From a virus, in the IMG/VR virus record IMGVR_UViG_3300032309_000911, positions 22,519 through 86,518 of that record: a stretch of 64,000 bases of DNA. One strand, written 5' to 3'. Both the position numbers and the translations under genes were made by a program. Within the stretch, counting starts at the first letter, position 1. Every line of letters begins with the position of its first letter. Positions 37,479 to 46,539 of this stretch are shown in pieces. Under the pieces are notes generated by a model that was not told the DNA's origin, made no database searches, and saw only the letters and a program-made list of their open reading frames with translations.

Positions 37479-39137
37479 ATGTCTGATAAAAAAGAATACA
37501 TTGTTACTGTACGTAATAGGTCAGATATAGATTCTTTTTATGATGATATGGATAGTAATTTTGGCACAGAATTTATTCCTGATAGAAAAGTAGAAATTGC
37601 ACACGTAAGAGAAATTAGCAGAAATACACATTATTATTTAACTGATGAAGAAGCTAGTTTATTGCGAAGTGAACCTAGAGTTTTATCTGTACAATTATTA
37701 CCTAAAGAATTGGGTATTGAACCTATACCTCTTTGGTCTCAAACAGGAAATTTTGAAAAAAGTAATTCAATAGACACAAATGATAAAAATTGGGGACTGT
37801 ATAGTGTAACGGCAGGAGAAAAATTAAATAATTGGGGAACAAACGGTTCTTTCACACAAACAAATCAAACAATTTATACAACATCTTCAGGAAAAAATGT
37901 TGATGTTATAATAGTCGATTCGCATATAAATGGAAATCATCCTGAGTTTGCTGTAAATGCGGATGGAACAGGAGGAAGTAGATTTAATGCTTATAATTGG
38001 TTTCAACACAGTGCAGCTTTAGGATTTACAACAACTCAACCATATTCTTATAGTAACGTTGCAGGTAATCATGGCACTCACGTTGCCGGTACAGCTGTAG
38101 GAAATACTCAAGGATGGGCAAGAGATGCAAACATTTATAATATTGAATTTAATTATACAAGTGCTGGACGTCCTAATGGACAATGGGATTTATTTTTGTA
38201 TGATTATTTAAGAGAATTTCATAGAACTAAATCTATTAATAATGTTACAGGAAGAAAAAATCCAACAATTGTAACAAATAGTTGGGGATATGCTTATGTA
38301 GATATTGGTTTACCTATTACAGATGAAGTAACTTATAGAGGTACAACGACATCATTAGCAGGATTGACATCAAATGAAAGAAAAGTAATTTTAGAAAATA
38401 ATGGTGTTCCTTCTCCGTTCGGTTCTTTAAAACAAACTCCAGCTAGAGTTGCAGCTCTTGATGCTGATGTTATAGATGCTATAGAAGATGGATTAATATT
38501 TGTAGGAGCTTCAGGAAATTCTTATTGGAATTGTGCAACTCCTGGTCATGTAGATTATGATAATAACGTATATGTGAGTGCAACAGGTTATAACACCATT
38601 TTTCATTCAAGAGGCATGTCTCCAGGATGTGCTGGTAATGCAATTTGTGTAGGAAGTGTAGGAACTTTTGTAGCAGAAAATAAGTCAGATTTTAGTAATT
38701 ATGGAAGTCGTGTAGATGTCTATGCTCCTGGTAGATTTATAACTTCCTCGGTATATAACTCAACAGCATCTTCCGAATTTGGAATTACATTAGTTGATGA
38801 CCCTAGAGATTCAAATTATAAAATAGGTTCAATTTCTGGTACAAGTATGGCCACTCCACAAGTTACAGGTATTTTAGCTTGTCTTTTGGAAACTTTTCCT
38901 TCTTTAACACAAGACGAATGTGTAACATATTTGCAAAATAATTCTACTTTAAATAGAATAACATCTACAGGCGGAAATGCAGGTGATTATTTGTCATTAG
39001 GTGATTCTTCAAATAATAGATATTTGTTTTATAAAAAAGAAAGAGGATTAACAGGATATGTAGCAATAAACACTGTTAAAAATAGATCAAGTACAGGAAA
39101 TGTGTATCCTAGAACAAAAATTAGAAGATACGGTTAA
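37479..39137 (+). CDS. Subtilisin-like S8 serine protease with I9-like propeptide
   Basis: IIVDS (Asp), NHGTHVAG (His), ASGN, FSNYG, APG and SGTSMATP (Ser); N-terminal EYIVT. Confidence 0.93.
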   Translation: MSDKKEYIVTVRNRSDIDSFYDDMDSNFGTEFIPDRKVEIAHVREISRNTHYYLTDEEASLLRSEPRVLSVQLLPKELGIEPIPLWSQTGNFEKSNSIDTNDKNWGLYSVTAGEKLNNWGTNGSFTQTNQTIYTTSSGKNVDVIIVDSHINGNHPEFAVNADGTGGSRFNAYNWFQHSAALGFTTTQPYSYSNVAGNHGTHVAGTAVGNTQGWARDANIYNIEFNYTSAGRPNGQWDLFLYDYLREFHRTKSINNVTGRKNPTIVTNSWGYAYVDIGLPITDEVTYRGTTTSLAGLTSNERKVILENNGVPSPFGSLKQTPARVAALDADVIDAIEDGLIFVGASGNSYWNCATPGHVDYDNNVYVSATGYNTIFHSRGMSPGCAGNAICVGSVGTFVAENKSDFSNYGSRVDVYAPGRFITSSVYNSTASSEFGITLVDDPRDSNYKIGSISGTSMATPQVTGILACLLETFPSLTQDECVTYLQNNSTLNRITSTGGNAGDYLSLGDSSNNRYLFYKKERGLTGYVAINTVKNRSSTGNVYPRTKIRRYG

Positions 39138-39150
39138 AAAAAATGAAAAT

Positions 39151-39231
39151 TATAAATAAATGTATTAAATTAAATTTTTTTAAAAAATATTTTTTAAAAA
39201 ATCGTTTTTGACAATTTTTTTTGTATAAATA
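39151..39231 (+). promoter_or_regulatory. Two late promoters TATAAATA (39151-39158 and 39224-39231)
   Basis: Exact consensus in an AT-rich intergenic region. Confidence 0.65.
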
Positions 39232-39271
39232 ATTATAAATTAACTTAACTAAAAAGGTTAAATAGACAAAT

Positions 39272-41971
39272 ATGCCAACTATAAATTTTCCTTCAAGCCC
39301 CTCGATTAATCAAACCTATACATTAGGTACTCGTACATGGAAGTGGAATGGAAGTGCTTGGGAGTTAGTACCTCTTACAGCCGGTTTTACAGGTTCTAAA
39401 GGAGATATCGGTTACACAGGTTCAAGAGGAGATACAGGTTATGTTGGTTCTCAAGGAGATTTAGGTTATACTGGTTCACAAGGTGATATCGGATATACAG
39501 GTTCAAAAGGCGACACAGGTTTTGTTGGTTCTAAAGGAGATATCGGTTACACTGGTTCAAAAGGTGATATCGGATATACAGGTTCAAAAGGCGATCAAGG
39601 AATTCAAGGAGATACAGGTTACACTGGTTCTAAAGGAGATATCGGTTACACTGGTTCTAAAGGAGATATCGGTTATACAGGTTCACAAGGTGATCAAGGT
39701 ATTCAAGGAGATCAGGGTTACACAGGTTCTAAAGGCGATCAAGGTTATACAGGATCAAAAGGTGATCAAGGTTATACAGGTTCACAAGGTGATCAAGGTA
39801 TTCAAGGTTATACAGGATCAAAAGGTGATATCGGTTACACAGGTTCTAAAGGCGATCAAGGTTATACAGGATCAAAAGGTGATATCGGTTATACAGGATC
39901 AAAAGGCGATCAAGGTTACACAGGTTCAAAAGGTGATATCGGTTACACAGGTTCTGCTGGTACAGACGGTGCCGACGGAGATGTTTATCACACTACATCT
40001 ACAACAACTTTAAATTTATCAACATATGGTCTTGGTGATACTATAACATTAACTACTGTTGATTTAAATTTAGATTATTCAGCTCAACAAACAATTTTAA
40101 TTGCATCAACTGCTACACCAACGAATCATTTACATGCTCAAGTATTAACTTACAATCCAGGTACGGGTGTTTTAACTGCTACAGTTACAGATATTGCTAA
40201 TGCTACAAATAGTTCTGAAAGTTCATGGCAAATTAATCTAAACGGTGCTGTAGGTATTCAAGGTTATACAGGATCAAAAGGCGACACAGGTTTTGTTGGT
40301 TCAAAAGGTGATATCGGTTACACAGGATCAAAAGGCGACACAGGTTACACTGGTTCTAAAGGAGATATCGGATACACTGGTTCTAAAGGAGATATCGGTT
40401 ATACAGGCTCTAAAGGCGATCAAGGTTATGCTGGTTCACAAGGTATTCAAGGTGATACAGGTTACACAGGTTCACAAGGCGATATAGGTTACACAGGTTC
40501 ACAAGGCGATATCGGATATACAGGTTCACATGGTTACACTGGTTCTAAAGGTGATATAGGTTACACAGGATCAAAAGGTGATACAGGTTACGTAGGTTCA
40601 AAAGGTGATATCGGATATACAGGTTCACATGGTTATACTGGTTCTCAAGGTGATATCGGTTACACAGGTTCTAAAGGCGATCAAGGTTATACAGGATCAA
40701 AAGGTGATCAAGGTTATACTGGTTCTCAAGGAGATATTGGTTACACAGGTTCAAAAGGAGATACAGGTTATGTAGGATCAGAAGGTAATTTAACAATTAC
40801 AACTTCTGCTACTCCTCCTTCAGGCGCTCAATATGGAGATATTTGGTTAGATCAAAATTCTGGTATTCAATATTTCTGGTACAATGATGGAAATTCAGAT
40901 CAGTGGGTAGAATTTGCTAACCAAGGTATTGTAGGATTTACAGGTTCACAAGGTGCTATAGGTTACACAGGTTCATCAGGTGGCGGCGGTGGCGGTGGCC
41001 CATTTGCTGTATGTAGTACAACAAATATAGTATCTACAGGTACATCTATTACAGCGGGTACAGGTGGAACAGGAGACAAAAATAACTTTTTAGTTGGAAA
41101 TTGCGCTGGTGAATGTATTACAACGGGCGGATATAACGTTGTTCTTGGAAAAGATGCTGGACGATTAAATAATTTTTCTAATAACGTATTTATAGGAGGT
41201 CGTGGTGGATATAACGCTACAGGCAACTATAGCGTTGCTTTAGGTTATTCGGCTTTATCTGGTGGTAATGGTGCTTGTAGAATTGCTATAGGTTATCAAG
41301 CAGGTCAAAATTCTGGTCAAAATACTATATCTTTAGGTCGTTGTGCAGGATATTCTGCGGGACAACAAAATATTATGGTGGGCTCATATACTGGAAGATG
41401 TACAACTGGCGAAGGTAACATAATGTTAGGAAGTGTTACTGGTGAATGTAATACTACAGGAAATTTTAATACTTTTATAGGTTATCAAAATGCTATGTCT
41501 AACACCACAGGTAGTAATAATATACTTCTTGGTAAAAATGCTGGTAACGATGCTGATGGATTAGCATGTATTACAACACAATCTAATCGTATAATAATGG
41601 GTAACTGTGCTCACACTTGTGCTCAAATACAAGTAGCATGGACAGCAGTATCAGATGCTAGAGATAAATGTATCTACGGTGCTGTAAATAAAGGATTAGG
41701 ATTCTTAAAAGATGTAAATCCAATTGAGTTTGCGTTTAAAGACAGAACAACGAATGAATTAATAGGTGATGGTAAGAAACGATATGGATTTAGCGCTCAA
41801 GAAATACTATCTTTAGAAGGCGATAAACCAGTAATTGTTTCTAACGATAATCCTGATAAGTTATTCTTAACGAATGATTATCTAGTGCCAGTTTTAGTAA
41901 ACGCTATTAAAGAGTTGAACGCTAAAGTTGAAACACTTGAAAGCAAAGTAAGAGACTTAGAAAACAATTAA
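39272..41971 (+). CDS. Fibre protein: GYTGS collagen repeats, beta-helix and S74-type intramolecular chaperone
   Basis: INFPSSPS...WKWNGSAW N-terminus; SDARDK, YGFSAQE and LVPVLVNAIKEL coiled-coil end. Confidence 0.88.
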   Translation: MPTINFPSSPSINQTYTLGTRTWKWNGSAWELVPLTAGFTGSKGDIGYTGSRGDTGYVGSQGDLGYTGSQGDIGYTGSKGDTGFVGSKGDIGYTGSKGDIGYTGSKGDQGIQGDTGYTGSKGDIGYTGSKGDIGYTGSQGDQGIQGDQGYTGSKGDQGYTGSKGDQGYTGSQGDQGIQGYTGSKGDIGYTGSKGDQGYTGSKGDIGYTGSKGDQGYTGSKGDIGYTGSAGTDGADGDVYHTTSTTTLNLSTYGLGDTITLTTVDLNLDYSAQQTILIASTATPTNHLHAQVLTYNPGTGVLTATVTDIANATNSSESSWQINLNGAVGIQGYTGSKGDTGFVGSKGDIGYTGSKGDTGYTGSKGDIGYTGSKGDIGYTGSKGDQGYAGSQGIQGDTGYTGSQGDIGYTGSQGDIGYTGSHGYTGSKGDIGYTGSKGDTGYVGSKGDIGYTGSHGYTGSQGDIGYTGSKGDQGYTGSKGDQGYTGSQGDIGYTGSKGDTGYVGSEGNLTITTSATPPSGAQYGDIWLDQNSGIQYFWYNDGNSDQWVEFANQGIVGFTGSQGAIGYTGSSGGGGGGGPFAVCSTTNIVSTGTSITAGTGGTGDKNNFLVGNCAGECITTGGYNVVLGKDAGRLNNFSNNVFIGGRGGYNATGNYSVALGYSALSGGNGACRIAIGYQAGQNSGQNTISLGRCAGYSAGQQNIMVGSYTGRCTTGEGNIMLGSVTGECNTTGNFNTFIGYQNAMSNTTGSNNILLGKNAGNDADGLACITTQSNRIIMGNCAHTCAQIQVAWTAVSDARDKCIYGAVNKGLGFLKDVNPIEFAFKDRTTNELIGDGKKRYGFSAQEILSLEGDKPVIVSNDNPDKLFLTNDYLVPVLVNAIKELNAKVETLESKVRDLENN

Positions 41972-41974
41972 TAC

Positions 41975-42003
41975 TTGACAATCAAATAAATATTTGATAT
42001 ATT
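41975..42003 (+). promoter_or_regulatory. Sigma70 promoter TTGACA-17-TATATT (extended -10) with an inverted repeat in the spacer
   Basis: -35 at 41975-41980, -10 at 41998-42003; ATCAAATA-AA-TATTTGAT at 41981-41998. Confidence 0.75.
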
Positions 42004-42033
42004 AGATATATTATTATTTCGTTTGAATAAATT

Positions 42034-43059
42034 ATGGCCAAAAAAGTATTAATAACTGGTGGTGCCGGTTTCATAGCACATCATTTAATTGAAGTATTAT
42101 TAGAAAAAACAGATTGGGAAATCATCTCAATTGATAGACTAGACTTTTCAGGTAATTTAAATCGTTTACATGAAGTAGTTTCAGTATTGCCTAAATCAAC
42201 GCAAAAACGTGTAACGATAGTTTATCACGATCTTAAAGCAGAATTAAATTCACAAATAGTAAATCGTATAGGTGATGTAAATATTATTTTACATTTAGCA
42301 GCAGGTTCTCATGTTGATCGTTCTATTGAATATCCTATGGAATTTGTATTGGACAATGTAGTAGGCACAACAAATTTATTAAACTATGCTCGTAATCTTT
42401 CCAACTTAGAAAGATTTGTTTACTTTTCAACTGATGAAGTATTTGGGCCAGCACCAGAAGGAGTAGATTATAAAGAACGTGATAGATATAATGCTACAAA
42501 TCCTTATTCAGCTTCTAAAGCAGCTGCTGAAGAAATGTGTGTGGCTTTTGAAAACACTTATAATTTGCCTTTATACATTACTCACACAATGAATGTATTT
42601 GGTGAAAGACAACATCCTGAAAAATATATTCCAATGTGTATTCGTAAAATGCGTGATAATTTGCCTATTACGGTTCATTCAGATCCTTCAAAAACAAAGG
42701 CCGGTTCACGTCATTATATACATGCTAAAGATGTTGCTGAAGGTATATTACATATTTTAAATTTAAAAGGCCCTTTTGAAAATGATTTTGGTAATGCTAA
42801 ATGTCCAAAGTTTAATCTTGTAGGTGCTGAAGAAATAGATAATCTAACATTAGCAAGAAAGATTGCTGATGTGATGAAAGCAACTCATGCCAAATATGAA
42901 ATGGTAGATTTTCATTCGGCAAGACCTGGCCATGATTTACGCTATTCTTTAAGTGGTGAATATATGAAATCTTTAGGTTGGCAACCACGCATAACATTAA
43001 GCAAAAGAATAGAACAGGTTGTAAACTGGACTTTAGAAAACGATAGGTGGTTAAAGTAG
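42034..43059 (+). CDS. rmlB: NDP-sugar 4,6-dehydratase (RmlB/RfbB-like SDR)
   Basis: ITGGAGFI, HLAAGSHVDRS, STDEVFG, YSASK and RPGHDLRY. Confidence 0.9.
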   Translation: MAKKVLITGGAGFIAHHLIEVLLEKTDWEIISIDRLDFSGNLNRLHEVVSVLPKSTQKRVTIVYHDLKAELNSQIVNRIGDVNIILHLAAGSHVDRSIEYPMEFVLDNVVGTTNLLNYARNLSNLERFVYFSTDEVFGPAPEGVDYKERDRYNATNPYSASKAAAEEMCVAFENTYNLPLYITHTMNVFGERQHPEKYIPMCIRKMRDNLPITVHSDPSKTKAGSRHYIHAKDVAEGILHILNLKGPFENDFGNAKCPKFNLVGAEEIDNLTLARKIADVMKATHAKYEMVDFHSARPGHDLRYSLSGEYMKSLGWQPRITLSKRIEQVVNWTLENDRWLK

Positions 43060-44348
43060 TGTATATAGATGTAATTATACCCACAATGTGGTATGTAAAA
43101 AACTTTGATTTAGTATTGACATCATACGTATTAAATCCAAAGATAAACAAAATTATATTAATAGATAATAACGTTTCAAAAAGGCCAAAATATGAGATTT
43201 TAAAAGATTCAAAAATAGAATTGGTTTGTTTTAATAAAAATATATACGTAAATCCTGCGTGGAATGAAGGATATAGAAGATCAACTTCAAAAATAATTGC
43301 TATCATAAATGACGACATAAACGTAGATTCTTCCGTATTTGATATGGTTCATAATTTCAATTTAAAAAAAGGTGATCTAATAGGTGTAAGTTTAACTGGC
43401 CGTAAAAATAACTTTATTATAGATGACTTTATACCTACAGAAGAAAAGATAGTTAAACTAAACTTTGATAATACACAACCTATTGGTGGACAAGCTTGGG
43501 CATTTGGTACTTGTATGTTTATGTTAAGAGAATCTTATAATATAATACCAGACCTATATCAGTTATGGTATGGTGATGATTATTACGCACAAAATTCAGA
43601 AAATGTTTACGTTATAAAATCTAATAAAATTAAAGGTTTAATTTCAGAAACTATAGGTTACCTAGATTTTGATGATCCTGAAAGTGATATTGCTCAAAGA
43701 GTGAAGTTAGATTCTGAAAATCTATTGAAAAATAATCACTTTAAGAATGGTGTGAATTGGGATTTACCTATTCAAACAATACAAAAATATGAAAATATTA
43801 AAGTAGATTTTTTTGAAAATGAATATCTAAAAGCAAAAAATACACCTAGTGATATAAATGAAAACGTACATATATTATATGACCTATGTAAAGACTGTAA
43901 AACGGTGGTTGAAATGGGCGTAAGAACAGGTGTAAGTACTAGAGCTTTTTTAAACTCTAATGTAGATTTAATTTCTTTTGATATAGTATTAGATAAAACC
44001 GTACAAAAACTATTTGATAAAGCTAGATCAAGAGGTAAGAATGTTCAGTACATAAAAGATGATGTATTAAATATTGAGATAGAAGAAACAGATTTATTGT
44101 TTATTGATACAATACATAATTATGAACAACTAAAAAAAGAATTAAAACTACATGGAAATAAAGCACAGAAATATATTGTTTTCCATGATACTTATACATA
44201 CGGTTTAAGAGGTGAAAATGTTTTGGGTTTTGATAATAAAGGCCTTTTAACGGCCATTATAGAGTTTTTAATTCAAAATCCTCATTGGAAATTTAAGATA
44301 TTTAAGACTAATAACAACGGATTAACAGTTTTAGAAAGGCATAAATAA
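43047..44348 (+). CDS. GT2-like glycosyltransferase fused to class I SAM methyltransferase
   Basis: VIIPTM, VNPAWN, INDD and WYGDD; then VEMGVRTGVST, LFIDTIH and FHDT. Confidence 0.82.
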   Translation: MVKVVYIDVIIPTMWYVKNFDLVLTSYVLNPKINKIILIDNNVSKRPKYEILKDSKIELVCFNKNIYVNPAWNEGYRRSTSKIIAIINDDINVDSSVFDMVHNFNLKKGDLIGVSLTGRKNNFIIDDFIPTEEKIVKLNFDNTQPIGGQAWAFGTCMFMLRESYNIIPDLYQLWYGDDYYAQNSENVYVIKSNKIKGLISETIGYLDFDDPESDIAQRVKLDSENLLKNNHFKNGVNWDLPIQTIQKYENIKVDFFENEYLKAKNTPSDINENVHILYDLCKDCKTVVEMGVRTGVSTRAFLNSNVDLISFDIVLDKTVQKLFDKARSRGKNVQYIKDDVLNIEIEETDLLFIDTIHNYEQLKKELKLHGNKAQKYIVFHDTYTYGLRGENVLGFDNKGLLTAIIEFLIQNPHWKFKIFKTNNNGLTVLERHK

Positions 44349-44378
44349 ACATATATAAAATGTTTATATAAGGTAATT

Positions 44379-45287
44379 ATGAGTAATGATTTAAAATATT
44401 CTATATTTCATGTACAAGGTGGTATGGGAAAACACGTGGCTGCAACGGCCGTAGCAAAAGCAATTAAAAATAATAATCCAGATAGAAAATTAATAGTAGC
44501 GTGTGCATTTCCTGATATCTTTTTAAATTTAAGTTACGTAGATAGAGTTTATCAACTAGGTGCTACAAAATATTTTTATCAAGAATATGTACACGATAAA
44601 GATTCTATAATTTTTCATCACGAACCTTATTTTACAACTAATCATATACATAAAAAAAAGAAGTTAATACAAAACTGGATTGATATGTATAATTTAAAAT
44701 ACAGTGGTGAAACACCAGAAGTTAAGTTTAATAGACTTCAAATTGAAGCGGCTACAAATTATTGGAAGAGAGAAAAACCAGTTATGTTGATTCATACCAA
44801 TGGTGGTATGATGACGACAGATGCCAAACCTTATTCTTGGACAAGAGATATGCCTATGGATTTAGCACAAGATTTAGTAAATCATTATAAAAATGATTAT
44901 CATATATTTCAAATTACAAAAATGAACTCTATGAAATTAAAAGACGCTGAACATATATTTGCTACTCCTCAAAAAGCATTATCAATTATGGAGTTTTTTA
45001 GTATATTATTGGTGAGTCAAAAAAGAATTTTTATTGATTCATGTTTACAACATGCAGCGGCCGCATTAAATTTAAAGTCAACAGTTTTATGGAATGGTAC
45101 TTCACCTAAAGTATTTGGTTACAATCTACATGATAATATATCTACTGAAATTCCTTATGACTTTAAATTACCTGGAAGTTATCTATTTGATTTTGACTTT
45201 AACGGAAATGAAATAGAGTTTCCTTTTACGGAAAACACAAAACTCTTTAATTTAAAAACAATAATCAAATCAGTGGATAAACAATAA
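44379..45287 (+). CDS. GT9-like (heptosyltransferase-fold) glycosyltransferase
   Basis: GGMGKHV N-terminus and FIDSCLQHAAAAL..STVLW motif. Confidence 0.75.
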   Translation: MSNDLKYSIFHVQGGMGKHVAATAVAKAIKNNNPDRKLIVACAFPDIFLNLSYVDRVYQLGATKYFYQEYVHDKDSIIFHHEPYFTTNHIHKKKKLIQNWIDMYNLKYSGETPEVKFNRLQIEAATNYWKREKPVMLIHTNGGMMTTDAKPYSWTRDMPMDLAQDLVNHYKNDYHIFQITKMNSMKLKDAEHIFATPQKALSIMEFFSILLVSQKRIFIDSCLQHAAAALNLKSTVLWNGTSPKVFGYNLHDNISTEIPYDFKLPGSYLFDFDFNGNEIEFPFTENTKLFNLKTIIKSVDKQ

Positions 45288-45288
45288 T

Positions 45289-46137
45289 ATGGAAAACAAA
45301 AAAACACTTTACTTTATGGCAGGCCTACCAAGAGCTGGTAGTACAATGTTATCGGCAATACTAAATCAAAATCCTCGCTTCTATTCAGGACCAAGTTCTC
45401 CTGTAGTGGGAGGAATGTTGGCATTAGAACAAAATTTTAATCAAGATGAATTATATTTTGCTTATCCTAAAAAACAACAAGTAGAAGAATATGTTAGAGA
45501 TTTAATTTATTACTATTACAGTGATGTAAAACAGCCTGTAGTTTTTGATAAGAACAGATCATGGACAAACAGGCCTGCTTTTATAGAAGGATATTTTAAT
45601 ATTGAACCTAAGATATTATGTCCTGTAAGAAGTATATTAGATATATTAACATCATTCATAGATATGCACCGTAGAAATCCATATCAAGTGGGTGGTAAAT
45701 TAAACTTTTTAGATGACATGTTAGTTAAAACTGGTCAGCCTTTAACTGATGAAAATCGTTGTGATACATTATGTGGCCCTATGGGTATAGTAGGACAAAG
45801 TGCTCAAGGTATTAAAGAAATGTTAATGAATAACAGAGAAAAACAATTACATCTAATTGAGTATGATGATTTGGTTAATGATCCTGAAACTACTATGAAA
45901 AAAGTATATGATTACTTAGGTGAAGAATACTATAAAAAACACGACTTTAAAAATCTGGTAAATCTACATCAAGAGAATGATGCTGGCGTCTATGGCTTTG
46001 CTGATATGCACCAAGTAAGAAAAGAATTAAAAAAAGTATCTAAAAAACCTACAGATATATTGCCAGAAAGTATAATAAACAGATATAAAAATCAAGAGTT
46101 TTGGAGAAATTTAGATACTAAAGATATAGTTAAATAA
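45289..46137 (+). CDS. PAPS-dependent sulfotransferase
   Basis: GLPRAGSTML 5'-PSB, DKNR, VRSILDILTS and YDDLVNDP. Confidence 0.85.
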   Translation: MENKKTLYFMAGLPRAGSTMLSAILNQNPRFYSGPSSPVVGGMLALEQNFNQDELYFAYPKKQQVEEYVRDLIYYYYSDVKQPVVFDKNRSWTNRPAFIEGYFNIEPKILCPVRSILDILTSFIDMHRRNPYQVGGKLNFLDDMLVKTGQPLTDENRCDTLCGPMGIVGQSAQGIKEMLMNNREKQLHLIEYDDLVNDPETTMKKVYDYLGEEYYKKHDFKNLVNLHQENDAGVYGFADMHQVRKELKKVSKKPTDILPESIINRYKNQEFWRNLDTKDIVK

Positions 46138-46161
46138 AATCTTTTTAATACTAAAAATTTT

Positions 46162-46169
46162 TATAAATA
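46162..46169 (+). promoter_or_regulatory. Late promoter TATAAATA
   Basis: Exact consensus, intergenic. Confidence 0.75.
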
Positions 46170-46193
46170 TAGTAAAACTACTTACTGTAATTT

Positions 46194-46490
46194 ATGCCTA
46201 TTAATTTTCCTTCCAGTCCAAGTAACAATGATACCTATACATTAGGTAATAAAACTTGGAAATTTAATGGAGATGCTTGGGAGTTAGTACCTCTTACAGC
46301 AGGTTACACAGGTTCACAAGGAGATATTGGTTACACAGGTTCAAGAGGAGATACAGGTTATGTTGGTTCTCAAGGAGATTTAGGTTATACAGGTTCGGTG
46401 GGGCCAACTACGGCTTATGTTTTTAACGGTGGTGATCCTACTTCAAATTACTCAGGCGGACCTGCTTTTGATTGTGGAGGTGTTGATTAA
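46194..46490 (+). CDS. Mini-fibre/adaptor protein, paralog of the N-terminus of 39272
   Basis: INFPSSPS...[10 protein letters not shown] plus short GYTGS tract; near-identical DNA stretches shared with 39272. Confidence 0.8.
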   Translation: MPINFPSSPSNNDTYTLGNKTWKFNGDAWELVPLTAGYTGSQGDIGYTGSRGDTGYVGSQGDLGYTGSVGPTTAYVFNGGDPTSNYSGGPAFDCGGVD

Positions 46491-46539
46491 ATGAAAACTA
46501 TAAATTTTATTATAGATAAATATAGATAGAATTAAAAAA

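Noticed and set aside
39176-39201. 26-bp perfect A/T palindrome in the intergenic region
   Set aside because: Low-complexity homopolymer runs in a very AT-rich genome; no function can be supported
34143-40487. Alternative-frame ORFs rich in VIQV/LQDLQV (also 4516, 58381, 58403, 60311 and 60959)
   Set aside because: Frame or strand shadows of collagen repeats that happen to lack stops; no independent start signals
39400-40780. Regularly spaced DNA repeats resembling a CRISPR array
   Set aside because: In-frame coding repeats with synonymous variation; no unique spacers and no cas genes
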